A stretch of DNA of 58,101 bases, filler included, from Sphacelaria rigidula (GCA_964200075.2; 9 parts of 9 records of this genome joined end to end with filler, not necessarily neighbours in it), one strand, 5' to 3'. Shown: positions 1-12,836, numbered from the whole stretch's first letter. Notes: generated by a model from the sequence alone, not told the origin. Numbers and translations: made by a program.

Positions 1-1974
1 CCCGCTTCGTGTCCTCCCGTCGTCAACGATCTTATGACTTTGGCAATTTTATCCTCCACCCCACCCCCCCCCATCCCTGCGGTTATTTCTGGACGATTGT
101 GAAAAGTTTTGGGCCCGTATATTTGAGAAACTAAATACGAACCCCTGTTGCCTCCACATGCATTTATGTCGACTGTGTGGCCCCGGCTATTGGAAACATG
201 ACAGGACTCGATTTTGTGTTCTTCTCGCGTCTTTTTACCTTCGTCACCATTATGGCTCTTCGGAGTGAGGACGCACTCACGTGTGCTGTCCGGGTCAAGA
301 GATCCCGTGATTTTGTGCGAGTCCCGGCCTGAGTGACCCTTCCCGCCAAGGTGACGGGAAATCCACTGATGCTTATTACCTCCGCATGTGGCACAACACC
401 GAAGAACGGAAGGATTCTAATGGACGAAGCCTGGCCACAGAACCCATCCGACGTGTTGACGGTGGTTCGCCTGGGCTCAACTCAGGATCGTTGCTGTCGT
501 CCCCCCCCGCTACTCGCCCACGTCACCTCGCCCCCCACAATCCTTGGTCCAGCAAGTTCGAGTGTCTCCAGTCAGCGTTGTACACCGTACTCCGGCTCAA
601 TATCCACACCGTTTGCGTCGCCCGGAGTTATGTCAGTCGTGGAAACGTTTTTTGAGCCCAAAATAGTCCAGAACAATGATGCGGTTAAATCTCTTGCGCG
701 TGCAGGACGTGGGACATGTTCTTCCCCAACTTGAGCCTAGGGAGATTAATGAAGCGGAGCACGTTGAGGAGTAGTAAGCGCAGCTTGCACGTGCATCTTA
801 AATAATTAGCCAGAGAAATCATGACGGGAAAAAACGTGGGATAGTCGCACTGCCCATCAGAGTTTCGCCACGAGAACCATTCCTGAAAGAGGACACAACT
901 AAGAAATAGATGAGCTAGAGGCCTCTCTCGTGTCTATTCTCGCTTCCCAACAACCGTGCCATATGCATTGTGAGCTTTGAGTTTAATAGGATCGTAGCGC
1001 AATTATCCCTTTCATCATGCGTTCGCACTTCTGTGTGGATTTTCTTCGAGATGATCTATCCAAACGCGAGGGAACGATCGGGAAGGTCATGCCTAGCGTA
1101 TCGCTGGGTACGGTACACTGACTCGGTCCTTTGGTATTCTGGCTTTTCATGGAAACTCGACCTATGGAAAACCTTCACGTAGGTTTCCCGGATAAAGGGT
1201 ATGGAAATTCCGTCCACGCAGCAGCTGCTTTTTCAACAGACCACCGATCGACTTTTCGTCCCACCCCTGTCCATTGCCAGTACCCCTTCGTCACCGCCTG
1301 GGATACTTCATGTGATCGAAGCCCGCAAGGGTTGAACCACTGTCCCAACCACTTGCACTGTTATGCCGGTGAATGGGGCCCGATTATGGGCACTATCTAC
1401 GAGGCAAATGGACACCGACCAACTACAGTTAGTTGTATCCAGAAGAAATGAAACCCACAAGGGCCAATCAGTATCAATCATGAGTACACGCGTCACCTCG
1501 AAAGGACGACCACGCTCATACAAAATGTACTATCATTATAGTACATTCTACAACAAACCTGTGACTGACGTTGCTGTTCACCTGTACACAGGGTCACAAC
1601 AACAGGAGGATAGAAACTGCTGCTCCTGTTGTTGTGACCCTCTTGGTGGAGTATGTTGTTGTGTCGATCTTTGAACGGGGTTTTCTCGGCAACCAAGCAG
1701 AGGATTGGACTGCGGTTTGATGCGTGCGCTTCTCACACACCAGACCTAGTCAGTCGCGGCACGTATTCCCGTAACGCGTGCCGCAGAGGCTGCAGCACTT
1801 TGCAAACCGCCAAAATGTACAGTTCCCTTCAACGTTCTGGGGCTTTTCGGATCCGCTGTAACGAATAGAGCAAATCCGTCGCGCGACTGACTAGTTCTAG
1901 TGTGTGTGCGGGGGGCTGTGAGGTGCCTCAGGCCGGTTCGCTCCCTGTCTCGAGAACGACGCGAAGAAAACATT

Positions 1975-2980
1975 CACACGTCGGACGGATCACTATCTAT
2001 AGAACCCAGGTCATACAGCTCAAGTGTGAATACACCTGTGTACCCGATTCGGGTGATGCAGTGCAACTAGTTATGGAACGGTCCTCGTGATCCGGGTATC
2101 ATCGATCAGGAGGGAGGTATCTTGTACGGGTTATAAGGACACATGGGTTCTTCTTGACGTTTCGTGTACACCTGACTCGGATTACATAGATGTGCCCAAG
2201 GAGATCATGCACGGATACTCGGGTCATACAGGTCATCATCAGACATATATGTACGAATCACGGGGTCATACAGGTCATTATCAGACATATATGTACGAAT
2301 CACGGGGGTCATACAGATCATCAGACGGATATGTACGAATCGCACGGTTAGTACAGGTCAAGTGAGGAATACTGAATACTGTTATTTGTATACTTCATTC
2401 GGATGCGCCCACAAAGCACATCTCAGACAAAATATGCAGCCCTACCATGGAACCACTCGGAATAAAATATGCGTACTTCATGTTCCATATGCCCGGGTTG
2501 CCACAGCCAACGTCCGGACTTGTGAACATGCATTGTACCCGGGCCATACAGGTTAACAGGTGAGGGAGCTGAATACTGTTTTCTTGCATACTTGATCCGG
2601 ATCTTACGGGTGCAGGAAAGGGTTTCTTGCATACTGTACTAGATTCGGGTTCCACAAGTGAGGGGTAGGTTTTGGTGTACATGAGATTCAAATCGCACCG
2701 GTCGACGGCAAGCTGCTGCGCTTGCCAGACCCGAGTGAAAGAATGACACCTATGTGATGTTGTACAGATGACACGTCTGTAGATCAGGTGTACACGAAAG
2801 TGTGTGTGTGTGGAGCGGGTTGTACAGCCCGTCGGTCGGCAAACATGTACGGGTCAAGCGGGTCCTACGTATCAGCATCGGACAAACGTGTACGGGTGAC
2901 AGCTCACGTCGGACGGATCATGATCTATGCCCCATATGAGCTGACCCGGATCTGTCACGAGCTGATCCGTCCGACGTGTG
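1975..2980. mobile_element. Non-autonomous inverted-repeat element (~1 kb), superfamily unassigned
   Basis: Perfect 18-bp IR CACACGTCGGACGGATCA (1975-1992) / TGATCCGTCCGACGTGTG (2963-2980). Extra internal IR copy at 2905-2920. Repetitive non-coding interior. No TSD seen. Confidence 0.7.
2221..2347 (+). repeat. Tandem repeat, ~42-bp unit x3
   Basis: GGGTCATACAGGTCATYATCAGACATATATGTACGAATCACG at 2221-2262 and 2263-2304, with a diverged third copy at 2306-2347. Confidence 0.9.
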
Positions 2981-3544
2981 AAAAGAATTACAGCTGTCGC
3001 ATACTAAACCTAGGCAACTTGGGATGGAGCGTGTGTTCTGTTCGGCGGAGGTTCGGCACAGGTCCGACCAGTCGATGACGTCTTCAATATCCCTCGCTTT
3101 TTTATTTTTATTTTTGCCCACGGATTGTTGATCACTAGGGTCCCCGTTCACGGGCACACTGTATTGGTACTGCAAAAACAAAGGACCGCCAGCCAGAATA
3201 AACTTTGTGGTTTCTGGCACGGGCAGCGCTTAGTCTCCCTCCCACGCAAACCACTGTCTTCAACGCGCGGCGCTTACGAAGGCAGGGAACCAAGCAGGGA
3301 GCTAGGAAATGTTAGACATACGATTACCGCACGCCGTCGGCGCACGATGAGGACGAAGCGAAGCTGACAATGTGAAGAGATTCGAGGGTATCCTCAATGC
3401 TTTTTGCGGTGCCCTATTCTTCCCGTGGTTACAGTCTATATCTCCACCTCCTGAAGCTAACTCATACCGTTATTTCCCATCCAGTACAAAACTGACCTTC
3501 AGGTAAACACTGGGGACGCTGAAAGAACTGCGTGTCACAATTTC

Positions 3545-3647
3545 GTTCCAATTTTCAGCATGAAAAATGGTGTTGTCTTGAGCCTTTTCTCATGTCACCT
3601 TCATTTCTTGTGACAGAAAATCTGTGACGGAAAACTTCGTTTTTCAA
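3545..3647 (+). repeat. Interspersed repeat fragment (homologous to 41328-41433)
   Basis: GTTCCAATTT(T/C)CAGCATGAAAAATGGTGTTGTC...TTTCTTGTGAC shared between contigs 1 and 7. Confidence 0.85.
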
Positions 3648-3977
3648 CAGTATCATTGATAGTAAGGAATATTACACTAAACACAATACAGAAGTCTAAC
3701 AGTGTTACGGGAACATTTCAGCACCGACGGTAGACATGAATAGAAGTGTACTGCGTAAACAAATACAGAGTCCAACGGTGTTTCCGGAACTTCATGGGAC
3801 AGACGGTTGGGATCTCGTCACAAACAGTAGCCATGCTGGGTTCAATGCCATCACCAGCAGTAGCCACGCGTGGGAGACACACTCCACTTGCACATCTCCC
3901 ACAGAGAGATGCGCACAGCTGTATCTCCCAGAACTTCGCCGAGTGAGCAAGCATGGACCCATCGGCGGGTAGTACGT

Positions 3978-4272
3978 ACCAGCGCTGTCCAGCACGGTGG
4001 CTATCACGCGCAAGGTGCGTGGGCGTTGTAGCACGATCGAAACGCGAACCGTCTCTCGCATCAGGAAAAACGGCAGCAGCAGCAGCAGCAGTATCGGCAT
4101 CGACTGATTCAGACCCACTCCCAGCCGCTTACATCTACTGGCAGTAAAGATGCTGCTGATACTGCTGCCAATGCTTCTTCTCCTTCTTGTGCGGAAGGCG
4201 GTCCGCGTTTCGACCTACGACAATACCCATGCCCCCTTGCGCGTGATTGCTTCCCTCCTTGAAGTCGCTGGT
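3978..4272. repeat. Imperfect long inverted repeat (~125-bp arms, 47-nt loop); candidate hairpin RNA
   Basis: 3978-4101 aligns to the reverse complement of 4149-4272 at ~70% by eye, e.g. ATCACGCGCAAGG/CCTTGCGCGTGAT and TCGAAACGCG/CGCGTTTCGA. Confidence 0.8.
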
Positions 4273-5770
4273 CTGTTCGCGTGCTGTTTCACCATCTCGG
4301 TATCTTTTGTTTCCCACTCTAGCTTGCTGGACTAGAACGGCGCGTGGTTTTTCGTGATAATGAAGTTGTGAACCGTCACTTCCTTGTTTCGATAAAACAC
4401 CGCCTGACCCGAGCTCGTGTGGTGCATAAATTTATAGACTATGTCATTCACGCGTGCGAGATGCGCGAGCTTCAGTGGATTCATACTTCATGAATTTTGA
4501 GTATTTCCGTGCTTCTACTTATATGCCGGCTATGCTCCTTTTCCCATCATACCAAGGGAAGAGGAAATTGGAAGCGCGATGCAAAGGAGAGCAATCTATA
4601 AATAACAAAATCACCCTATTCATTTGCGGTTATCGGCCTCGGCGTTGGCACGTCAGTCATGCCAGCGGCAAAGATTCATTTATGCGGTACCAACACGGCC
4701 CAACTTTAAGGTACGGGCCAGTGTCACAGAGGTATTCATTTTCTCATGCGTGTAAAATCCGGCGTCTGGAGTGCGACGAGGCGGCTATGCAGCAGGCCAT
4801 GAGAGACACGTCCTTGAGCGCTCTCAACGTAGGAGTTGAACACCGCTCTCACAGTAGGTGCTTTCCTCGCAGGTCGGGCCTTCAGTACATGAACCGACCA
4901 CGTACCCACGGCAGCTCTGCACCGTGTCCACATGGGCATCGCGCGAACGTCGCTGACTCTTTGCGGAGTCAAGCTTCTGCTCATTCAAGCTGTGCCCCAC
5001 CCGCTCCACAGACAGTACTCGCTACAACAGCAGGGTTTCTGCGCTTGTAGATGGTACAAAGGAACGGACGCACACGCCCATATCGTACACCCCTGCCCTT
5101 CAGTAACACGTGCACAGCGCCCCAGCATGCACATTTCTCTTTGCATTCTCTTGCGCTGATGAGCCCAGAGGCTGCGCGTTCCCGGCTTGTTAACAACTGT
5201 GTCCAAAGCTTGGGATGTGGTACTACCTGTTTATGTCGATCCCACCTCGGTTATCACCAGTGGCACTTTTACCGTCTTCATTGGAGTCGACACTGTGCTT
5301 TCGTCGCTGCCCCCCCGTGCGCCTGTTCTACTGTTTGTGCCCCGACCTCGGCCCGTGCCGGTATGGACATCCGAATGCATGAATTCATCGATTGATTGGT
5401 TGTTGCACATTTCCTGATCCCCGAGAAACCGGTCATGTTCTCAATGCAGACGTACCCATAGTGACCAAAACGGAAACGCCAGGAAGAAACTCGAGAAAGG
5501 GAAGAATGAAAATGGAACAAAGTCGACCGAAAAAAGAGAGAAAATGACGAAAAGAGGGGGAAAGAGACGAGACCGAGAAAAACACCAAGATCGATCCTGT
5601 ACGGGTCCCGGTGGCAAAAATGGGAACAGCGATGAACAAAAGTGAACAGTCCCTGCCGCATAGTATCAGCCGAGGGGGCTGTACAACAAGAACGAAACAA
5701 AGCAGAACAAGGACAACAGCAAAACAGCATTATCCCAGCTCGGCCAGCCTAGAAGCGACTTTTTAGTTTG

Positions 5771-6037
5771 CAGACTCATTCGCCGGCCAAAATTTGGAGT
5801 TGGACCCTAAAATTTGGTATGAACAATGAATAGGGCATAATGAAAAAACTACCCGTGCTTACAGTTTTTCTTCCTGTTCATGATTCAAGGGCATGTTATA
5901 CTGATACCTGAAAAATGATTTCCCTGAAACCATGGAACAAAACCCTTCCTATGCACGGGTATTTTTTTTATCATTTCATCGTCCATATCAAGTTTTAGGA
6001 TCCAAGTCTGAATAATGGCCGGCGAATGGGCCGTCTG
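5771..6037. repeat. Foldback (imperfect palindromic) MITE-like element
   Basis: CATTCGCCGGCCA/TGGCCGGCGAATG, CCTAAAA/TTTTAGG and TACCCGTGC/GCACGGGTA pair in nested order across ~265 bp. Confidence 0.75.
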
Positions 6038-6169
6038 GTGACCGGGTCGGTAGAACTTCGAACCAGTATTTTGCAGGCCACTCACCGGCCCACGTTTGGT
6101 GTTTGTGTATTGAAATTCCGTGTAGGACCACGCTAGGGCATAAAAAAAAAAAGTGGGTCATCTTGGCAT

Positions 6170-6203
<34 letters not shown>
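6170..6203 (+). repeat. (GTT)n microsatellite
   Basis: ~11 GTT units. Confidence 0.95.
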
Positions 6204-6205
<2 letters not shown>

Positions 6206-6368
6206 TCCTCACATTAAAATGTCGTTCCGGTATCTGCCATTTGCATGTTTTTTTCGCCGGTTTAGGGCGTTTTAGTATGGTAACGACAATTTTTTACACG
6301 AACGCCCGAACCCTCACCCCCCCACCCCCCCCCCCCCCCCCCCACCCCCCCACCCCCAATTTCTCACT

Positions 6369-6468
6369 NNNNNNNNNNNNNNNNNNNNNNNNNNNNNNNN
6401 NNNNNNNNNNNNTTAATTAATTAANNNNNNNNNNNNNNNNNNNNNNNNNNNNNNNNNNNNNNNNNNNN
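6369..6468. other. Artificial contig linker (N44-TTAATTAATTAA-N44)
   Basis: Identical 100-bp N/TTAATTAATTAA/N block recurring every ~6467 bp. Confidence 0.99.
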
Positions 6469-6550
6469 GGGGGGGCGGCGGGCGGGCCATGTGGCTCGGG
6501 GTGTCTCCCCTGTAAACAACAAAACTTGACCTGAAGCCCCCCCCCCCCCC

Positions 6551-6886
6551 CCCCAAAGTGCCTGGTTTGAGGGCAAAATCTTGACGTCAATTGAAATAAA
6601 AAAGGCCGAGCACAACGAGCAGCTGAAACTTCGCACGCTTGGGTTTATTCTCGCCAATGTCGCCCATATGAGGCGCTTCATGCAGCGTAAACCCAAACAT
6701 CAGGCGCTGTATGACCATTTTTTTCGAGACACTTTTGGGCTGTTTTTTTTTCGGCGGCGGGGGGGGGGGGGGGGGGGGGGGGTGTGGAAAAATGTATTCT
6801 TTTTGTGCCGGAGGGGGGAGCACCCCGCCGCCCCCCCACTCCNNNNNNNNNNGAAAAAGAATTTCTCGGACGGAGTGTGGGGGGGT

Positions 6887-6926
<40 letters not shown>

Positions 6927-6943
6927 CTATTGTAGAAAGTGTC
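6551..6943 (-). mobile_element. GAC-terminal MITE family A copy (reverse orientation, poorly assembled around poly-G)
   Basis: 6551-6742 is the reverse complement of the interior of 16118-16365. TIR GGGGCTATTGTAGAAAGTGTC ends at 6943. Internal 10-N gap. Confidence 0.8.
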
Positions 6944-9904
6944 CATTATAGTGCCATAAAGACTAGTACTTGATTAGCTTCACTTTTTGAGGATTGGGGA
7001 ATTGGCCCGCTTACGCCTCGTGGTGTTAACTATGCTCACGTTTTTGTGTCTTGTGTGAGGCGAGGGGTAGGGCAGGGAGGGGTGGAGGGGGAGGGGCTAC
7101 ATGTTGTGCTGAAAATTCGAAGACGACCGTCGGGAAGGAAACAGTGTGGAGACATCTGGCTACGGGACATGTGTGACGTGGTAGGAGCGTGCAAGACTCG
7201 TACGGAGTCGCTCTACTGTACGAAGACGCTGAATAAGGAAATGGTGGATGAAGGCAATAGGTTCTTATGTACAGACAGTGGCGAACATTACAAGGATCCA
7301 ATCCGTTATTTTGACGAGCTGACGGGGGATTACTATTGATGTAATACAATTAATGTGTGGAGGTCGGGAGTTGGGGAGGGGAGGACTCAAGTGCCTTACA
7401 ACATATAAAGTAGTTCAGAGCGCAAAAAATAGAAGGCCCATACCTTCACCTCTTCGTTCGGCAATCGTGAGATACAAGATGGCAATTGTGTGCAGTACAC
7501 CACTTCTTTGTCATGTTGCCACGGCTAGATCCCTGGGGGGTCAGTTATTTGCGATAATCAATCGACCAATCAATCGATGAATAAATCATCATGTGATGGG
7601 GTGGGGAGATTCTCGCACTTGTGGGGGCTGTCGCGCAGACAGGCGGACGCCGGTAGTTCAGCGCTTGAGGTGATGATGCAGATCTTTACTGCTGTGGAGC
7701 GTGTGACGGAAGTCTGGCAGGGGTGGCAGTGGTGGATAAATCGGATGGGTTCACGCGAGCTCGTCGTGAGACCACGGTTGGAAGATTATTGATAGTAGTG
7801 TAGGACAATCAGATTCGGATCTTGAAACAGTCCAGCGTGTTCTCATCGTGTGCAGCAGCGCACGTTTTTGCCTAGGGTGCCATCAAGCGAGGGGGGTTCC
7901 CGGCAGACCTTGCGTTGGGGGTCAGAGTTTCGGTTAGTTTTTCTTGTGGAATCAGGCGGCACCTATCAAGGCGAAATTTGCAAAAAAAAAAAGAAGAGAA
8001 AATATGATGCTTTCAGTTTTGGTGAATGCTTTTCCCGTCCTCTCGTTTCGGTATATTTCGCTCTTGGCTGTTGGGTGACATTAACCCTCGGAAAAAGGTC
8101 GATTGCGCGATTACGGTAAGGCGGTTCTGTGTTGGCTTTCAATTCATCAGCATGGCATCGTTGATGTGGTTTCTTCGCTACACTGTACGGTACTGTACTG
8201 CGAAGTCTTTTCCGTACAGATACGGTGTGGGTTGTGGCTAAAATGCTCGTCTCTTTCGTGTTTTTCGAGTTTTTCGAGTTTTTGGTCGTGTCGTCAGGTG
8301 GATTACATGTTGCTTGACTGTGCCATGTCTTCATGTGTGCGCGTGTCGTCTGGCCGGTGGGTAGCTTGGGTGCGTCATCATGTTTGGGTGCGTTATCGTA
8401 TATAATGAGATCATGAGCCATGGATTGCGTGAGGGCAGGAGTTGTTACTTTGCCTGGGATCTGTTTTTTTTTTCTTCTGTCGGGTACTTGGCTGTCGTAC
8501 ATCGCGTTCATGTCTGGTTCCTCACTTGCTCGAGCTTGTATACCATGGGAAAACCAGACAAGCCTTCGTGTGTCTGTGCCTGTCTTTTTTCCGCTGCTGA
8601 CGATTCTCACCCTCGAATTATTGTGAAGCTTATCATCATTGTCTGGAGGCAAGCGATCGAAATGTATACGAAGCAATATCGAGTCCGGCGACAGATTGCT
8701 CGTGGTTCTACGGGAAGACTTGGTGTTGATGTTGTTCGTCTGTGTTGATCTTGCCTGCCCTAAATTCCAATGATCTTGTTTCGTGCACCTGCCGTATCGT
8801 AGTCATGTAAATTATATATATACATATATATACCCAATATTCACCACAGAGCACAGGATAGTGTGTGCTCGTGGTACACCACGTCTAGCAGAATATTTAA
8901 TCTATACAGGACGAATCTATCTTCCGTGCACACTAGGTAATAAGTACGTGGGAGCGTTGCGACGGTAGGGGGTTCCCTTTTTTGTTTCGAGGCTCGTTGC
9001 TGTACGAGCCTGTCGATGACAAACAAATATCTGGGACTTAGTGTGCAGCCCCAGAAAACGTTTGGACTCGAAAGTGCACCCCCACAGTGGCATTACTCGT
9101 ATCGTTGATGTATGAATGTCCTATCCTGTCGGACTAGTTTTATGCGTACGCATGAGCGTATACTCTAACGCGTTGGCCCAGGGATGATCGGGGTTTTGCT
9201 TGCAGTCGTTGTAGTGCGCGCTACTAGGTAGCTTCTTGTATTTTCGAGTTTGGTGTAGGTACAGATCAGTACGATACAACAGTATGCAAAGAGGCGAAAT
9301 TGCAGAACAAAAAAAACATAGATGCTCATACTTGTGGTAGGATGTGCGTAGTATAAGGCAGGTAGATCATCGGTAAGGATACTTGTACGTGGATCTCCGG
9401 TACTGTTTTCTTTTTTCTTTCATCCTCCTGTTGGTCTTTTGTCTGGTGTGTGTGGTTGGTGGATAAAGTACCTTCTGGCCGTTCAGCCCACTGTCTTCGT
9501 TGGTGGTGTCGGTGCTGTTTTGTTTGTTTTTAGTACATGTCAAGTAGTACCGACACGTAGACGAGGAGGGAAAAAACAAAACAAGAAGATGTTATATATT
9601 TACGGTAAAACTATGCTTTTCTGTTTTCTTGGGGCTCGGACAACAAGAGGTCCTGTTGTAAGACCGTACGTATTAGTACGTGTTGTGTATATATCCATGT
9701 ACTCTGCATGATTGATGCTGCTGGGCGCGCCAAAAATTGCGCATGATACCACCACCGTTGTGCTTCTCGTTCGTTTCTGATCGGTCGATCAATAGGGACA
9801 CACATGACATTCTCTGCAGTGTAGAAATTGGTGTCTCTGGTCGATGTCCGTTGCGAGCGAGTGAAGGCCAGCCGGGGTTCGCTTTGCGTCCGTTTGTGTG
9901 ATTA

Positions 9905-10680
9905 CTATTGTGCGATATATTTTTCGGTGGTGTAGCACTGTACGTCGTACGTGAAAACGGCCACAGGCGCTTCCCACTTGTATCGTGCGGAGGAAGCAAT
10001 GCGAGAAGCGAAACGTTGGTGATTGATAAAACAGGAGGCGGATACTTGAGCTTTCTTGTTCTCTTTTGCGTAGCGTTTTTCATCTCGGTAACGATCCAGC
10101 CAATGGATGAGAGCATGATATATGTCTCGTCACCGCCGGTATTTTGCAGGCTCGCTTGTAAGATGCGTTTGGGTAATTTTCTCCGAAGTTTCTGATTTCC
10201 GCCGTCGAAAGCGTGAGGACTTCATCAACAAAAAAAGTTCGACCTTGTCGGACGAGAAACAACGTTTTCGTAAGATTGAGAGTGTGGGATACAATTGAGA
10301 GTCCAGGATACGATTAAGAGTAAGAAGCGATCGATCAACGAATGAAGAAGTTTCAGTTTCCGGAATGCTCCTCCGGGCCTTATACGGGGCCCGACACGTT
10401 TTCTGTAGTAGCTTGTCACTGAAGTCTTTGATATCCCTAGGTAGGATATCGATCTGTAGCTGTAAGCACACGACAGGGTTGCAGGCAGAGGAAGCACGCA
10501 CGAAATGAAAAACTGGTTGAGTTGGAGTGAACAATAAAACCCACCCTGAATCAACGCTACACTCTCAATATTCCGGAAACATCGTTATTTACAGGTCCGC
10601 GAGTAGTTGAAACTTGAGCCTCAGTTTTCCAAGCGACAAGTCCTCCATAAGAAACCGTGCCCAGGTGTTGCCTGCAAGGA
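9905..10680 (-). pseudogene. Possible degenerate coding remnant, product unknown
   Basis: The frame of ORF 10130-10534 reads on past a single TGA into RDIYHALIHWLDRYRDEKRYAKENKKAQ... No recognisable motif. Confidence 0.2.
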
Positions 10681-11121
10681 AGAAATTAAGGAATCAGAAA
10701 AGAGTGCGATGCGTGCGTGTGTATGGCAACATCCACGATAATCGTAAGGTTATGAACCTAAGCCGAAAGAACAGTTTTTCATCAGCGGGCTCGTACTGTA
10801 ATGTTGATATTGGCCATGCGGCACACAATGACTGTTCAACAAAAGTATTCAACCCGCCTTTTCATCTCTGGTGAAACTGGCCTTACATGTTCCTAGTTTG
10901 TGTTGATTGCTGTGAGAGATCGAAGCATGGATGCGAGGTCTAGACTGAAATCACCCATGCATGTGGCCGCTCGTCGCCACAAAAGAAACGTCTCGGTTTC
11001 AGTGTTCTCTGACCTTTCTGCAGAATGTGGGTTTCAGACAACACAACGAAAACGTTGCCGTTTTGAAACGTGAGTGTTTTGTAAACAAACAAGGGACGTT
11101 ACAATTGGGGATGATTTTTTT

Positions 11122-12836
11122 ATTCCAATATTCAAATTGGTTGTTGTCTCAGGCTATTCCAGATTCGGCATTGGATTTCTGTGACAGAAAAACAAGCAGA
11201 ACATTTCGAGAACTTTTCGAGAACTTTTCGGAAAACAAGCAGAGGTTTTCAAGAACTGCTCAAAACGTGATCCCATCATCTGGGGAGCAGGGTACTACAC
11301 TGAACACAACGCAATTCTGCAGTGGTATATGGAGTACAGAGTACTACACTGAACACAAGACAACATAGCAGTGCTGCAGTGCTTTTTAGAACTTGAACAC
11401 GTCCTTTTGTTGCAAAATCAAAATTAATAGTGTCCAGCTGCTGCTGCTGTACCACTAGGGAAGGACACGCCCTCGAGGTAGGGCATGCCGCAGTACGCAC
11501 ACCCACAACACAGCTCACACGCACACATACACTGACGAACCACCACTAGCTAGCCGCAAAAGCAGCAGCAGCAGCAGCAGTACTGTAATACGGAGACCGC
11601 CGTTGAACTTATCGCACACGCTTCACGCCCGCGTACAACAGAGCTGGCACACCATTCTTGAACCTACCCACCCAAAACAGAGCAGGCGGCATGCCACAGC
11701 GCGCACACCCACAACACATCTCACGCGCACACAAACACTGACGAACCACCACCATCTAGCCGCAAAAGCAGCAGCAGCAGCAGTACTGTAGTACGGAGAC
11801 CGCCGTTGAACTTATCGCACACGCTTCACGCGCCAAGCAGGCATCTGAATCAGCACGTACTCTTGTGTGTGTTGGATCAATCGTTGTGTTTTGTGGGGGA
11901 AGATGGCCGCTTCAGATCCAGTTGAACATCCGAAGAAACTGTCGAACAGCAATACGAAACATTTCTGGCGTCTGCATAGGACATTGCTCGAACAACGAAA
12001 CAGAAATCGACAAGTTACCGTTCGTATTAGAAAACAATGCGCTTGGAACACTTTGCAGCTTCAAAGACACAGATGTTGATGGAAAGAAACTTCTCCGGGC
12101 CCCCATGTGTGTTGTATCCGCCTGCAAAAGTCTTTCCTTGTTCATCGATGCCTGGCTGGGGAACAGGGAAGCCATCCTCCCCAAGGTTTTTAGAACCGTT
12201 TTCATTTTGTGCATGTAGCTCATGAAAATCAAACTCTCTAGCTTTCACAGGTCTTGCGAAATCGGTGCAGTTTGTTAGCGTGACCACCACTGCGCAGACG
12301 GGAGGTAGCTATGATCCGGCTTGCCTGGCGTACTGCCGACAGCGTCGCGTGAAAGCCACAAGACCCTTGCTGTCGGCGGTTGATGGCGTGGATCTCGAAT
12401 GCAACACCATGCGGTTGGTCGTAGAGCACTCTCGTCTCTCCTCCCGAGGTGTGATAATCCATGACCTCCTGACATCGGATATAATTATTACTTATGGGAA
12501 GGTACTCGTGCTGTACCGAGCTGTCCACGCGACCACCGTATGTGTGCTGCAGATTGCCTATGCGCTACGCTAGCAACAGTTAGGTCACCACCATAGGTAT
12601 CTCTTTTCACTCCGCATGTCAAAAAGATTTCTACAAGTGTTTGATCTCTCATACACCCCTCTCAACTGGCGTGTGGCAGGCCCTTCTGCTCGCGCGCCCG
12701 GCTTGGGGAGGTCGGCGCAAATCAACGATGAATAACACCCCCTAAGTTCAAATTGAATATATCTGTTATTACCGCAGCACCGTCCTTGCTGGCATGTGTG
12801 TGACAGAGTGCAGTAGTAGCGGTGACGGGAACATTG
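11122..12836 (+). repeat. Composite interspersed repeat (probable non-autonomous transposon) with internal ~205-bp tandem duplication
   Basis: 11122-11880 matches 41746-42505. 11945-12168 matches the reverse complement of 57868-58095. 12183-12836 matches 13567-14265. Internal duplicated unit at 11482-11628 / 11688-11832. Confidence 0.85.

Noticed and set aside
2221..2347. CRISPR-like repeat array
   Set aside because: Head-to-tail tandem units with no unique spacers, eukaryotic context and no cas genes
4736..5206. Cys-rich minus-strand peptides resembling CCCH zinc fingers (CRGYVVGSCTEGPTC)
   Set aside because: Spacing and final His are not satisfied, pieces are in different frames, and there is no supporting domain
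6413..6424. Regularly spaced TTAATTAATTAA palindromes (possible array or recombination sites)
   Set aside because: Embedded in N runs at fixed geometry; an artificial all-frame-stop linker
7966..8748. Long overlapping ORFs (236 aa minus, 122 aa plus)
   Set aside because: Compositionally biased, with no motifs and no splice-consistent structure; likely spurious, like most ORFs in the track
11865..12232. Similar ORFs at 11865-12218 and 57868-58050 suggesting a conserved protein
   Set aside because: Substitutions between the copies are not concentrated at third codon positions in any open frame; best explained as a non-coding repeat
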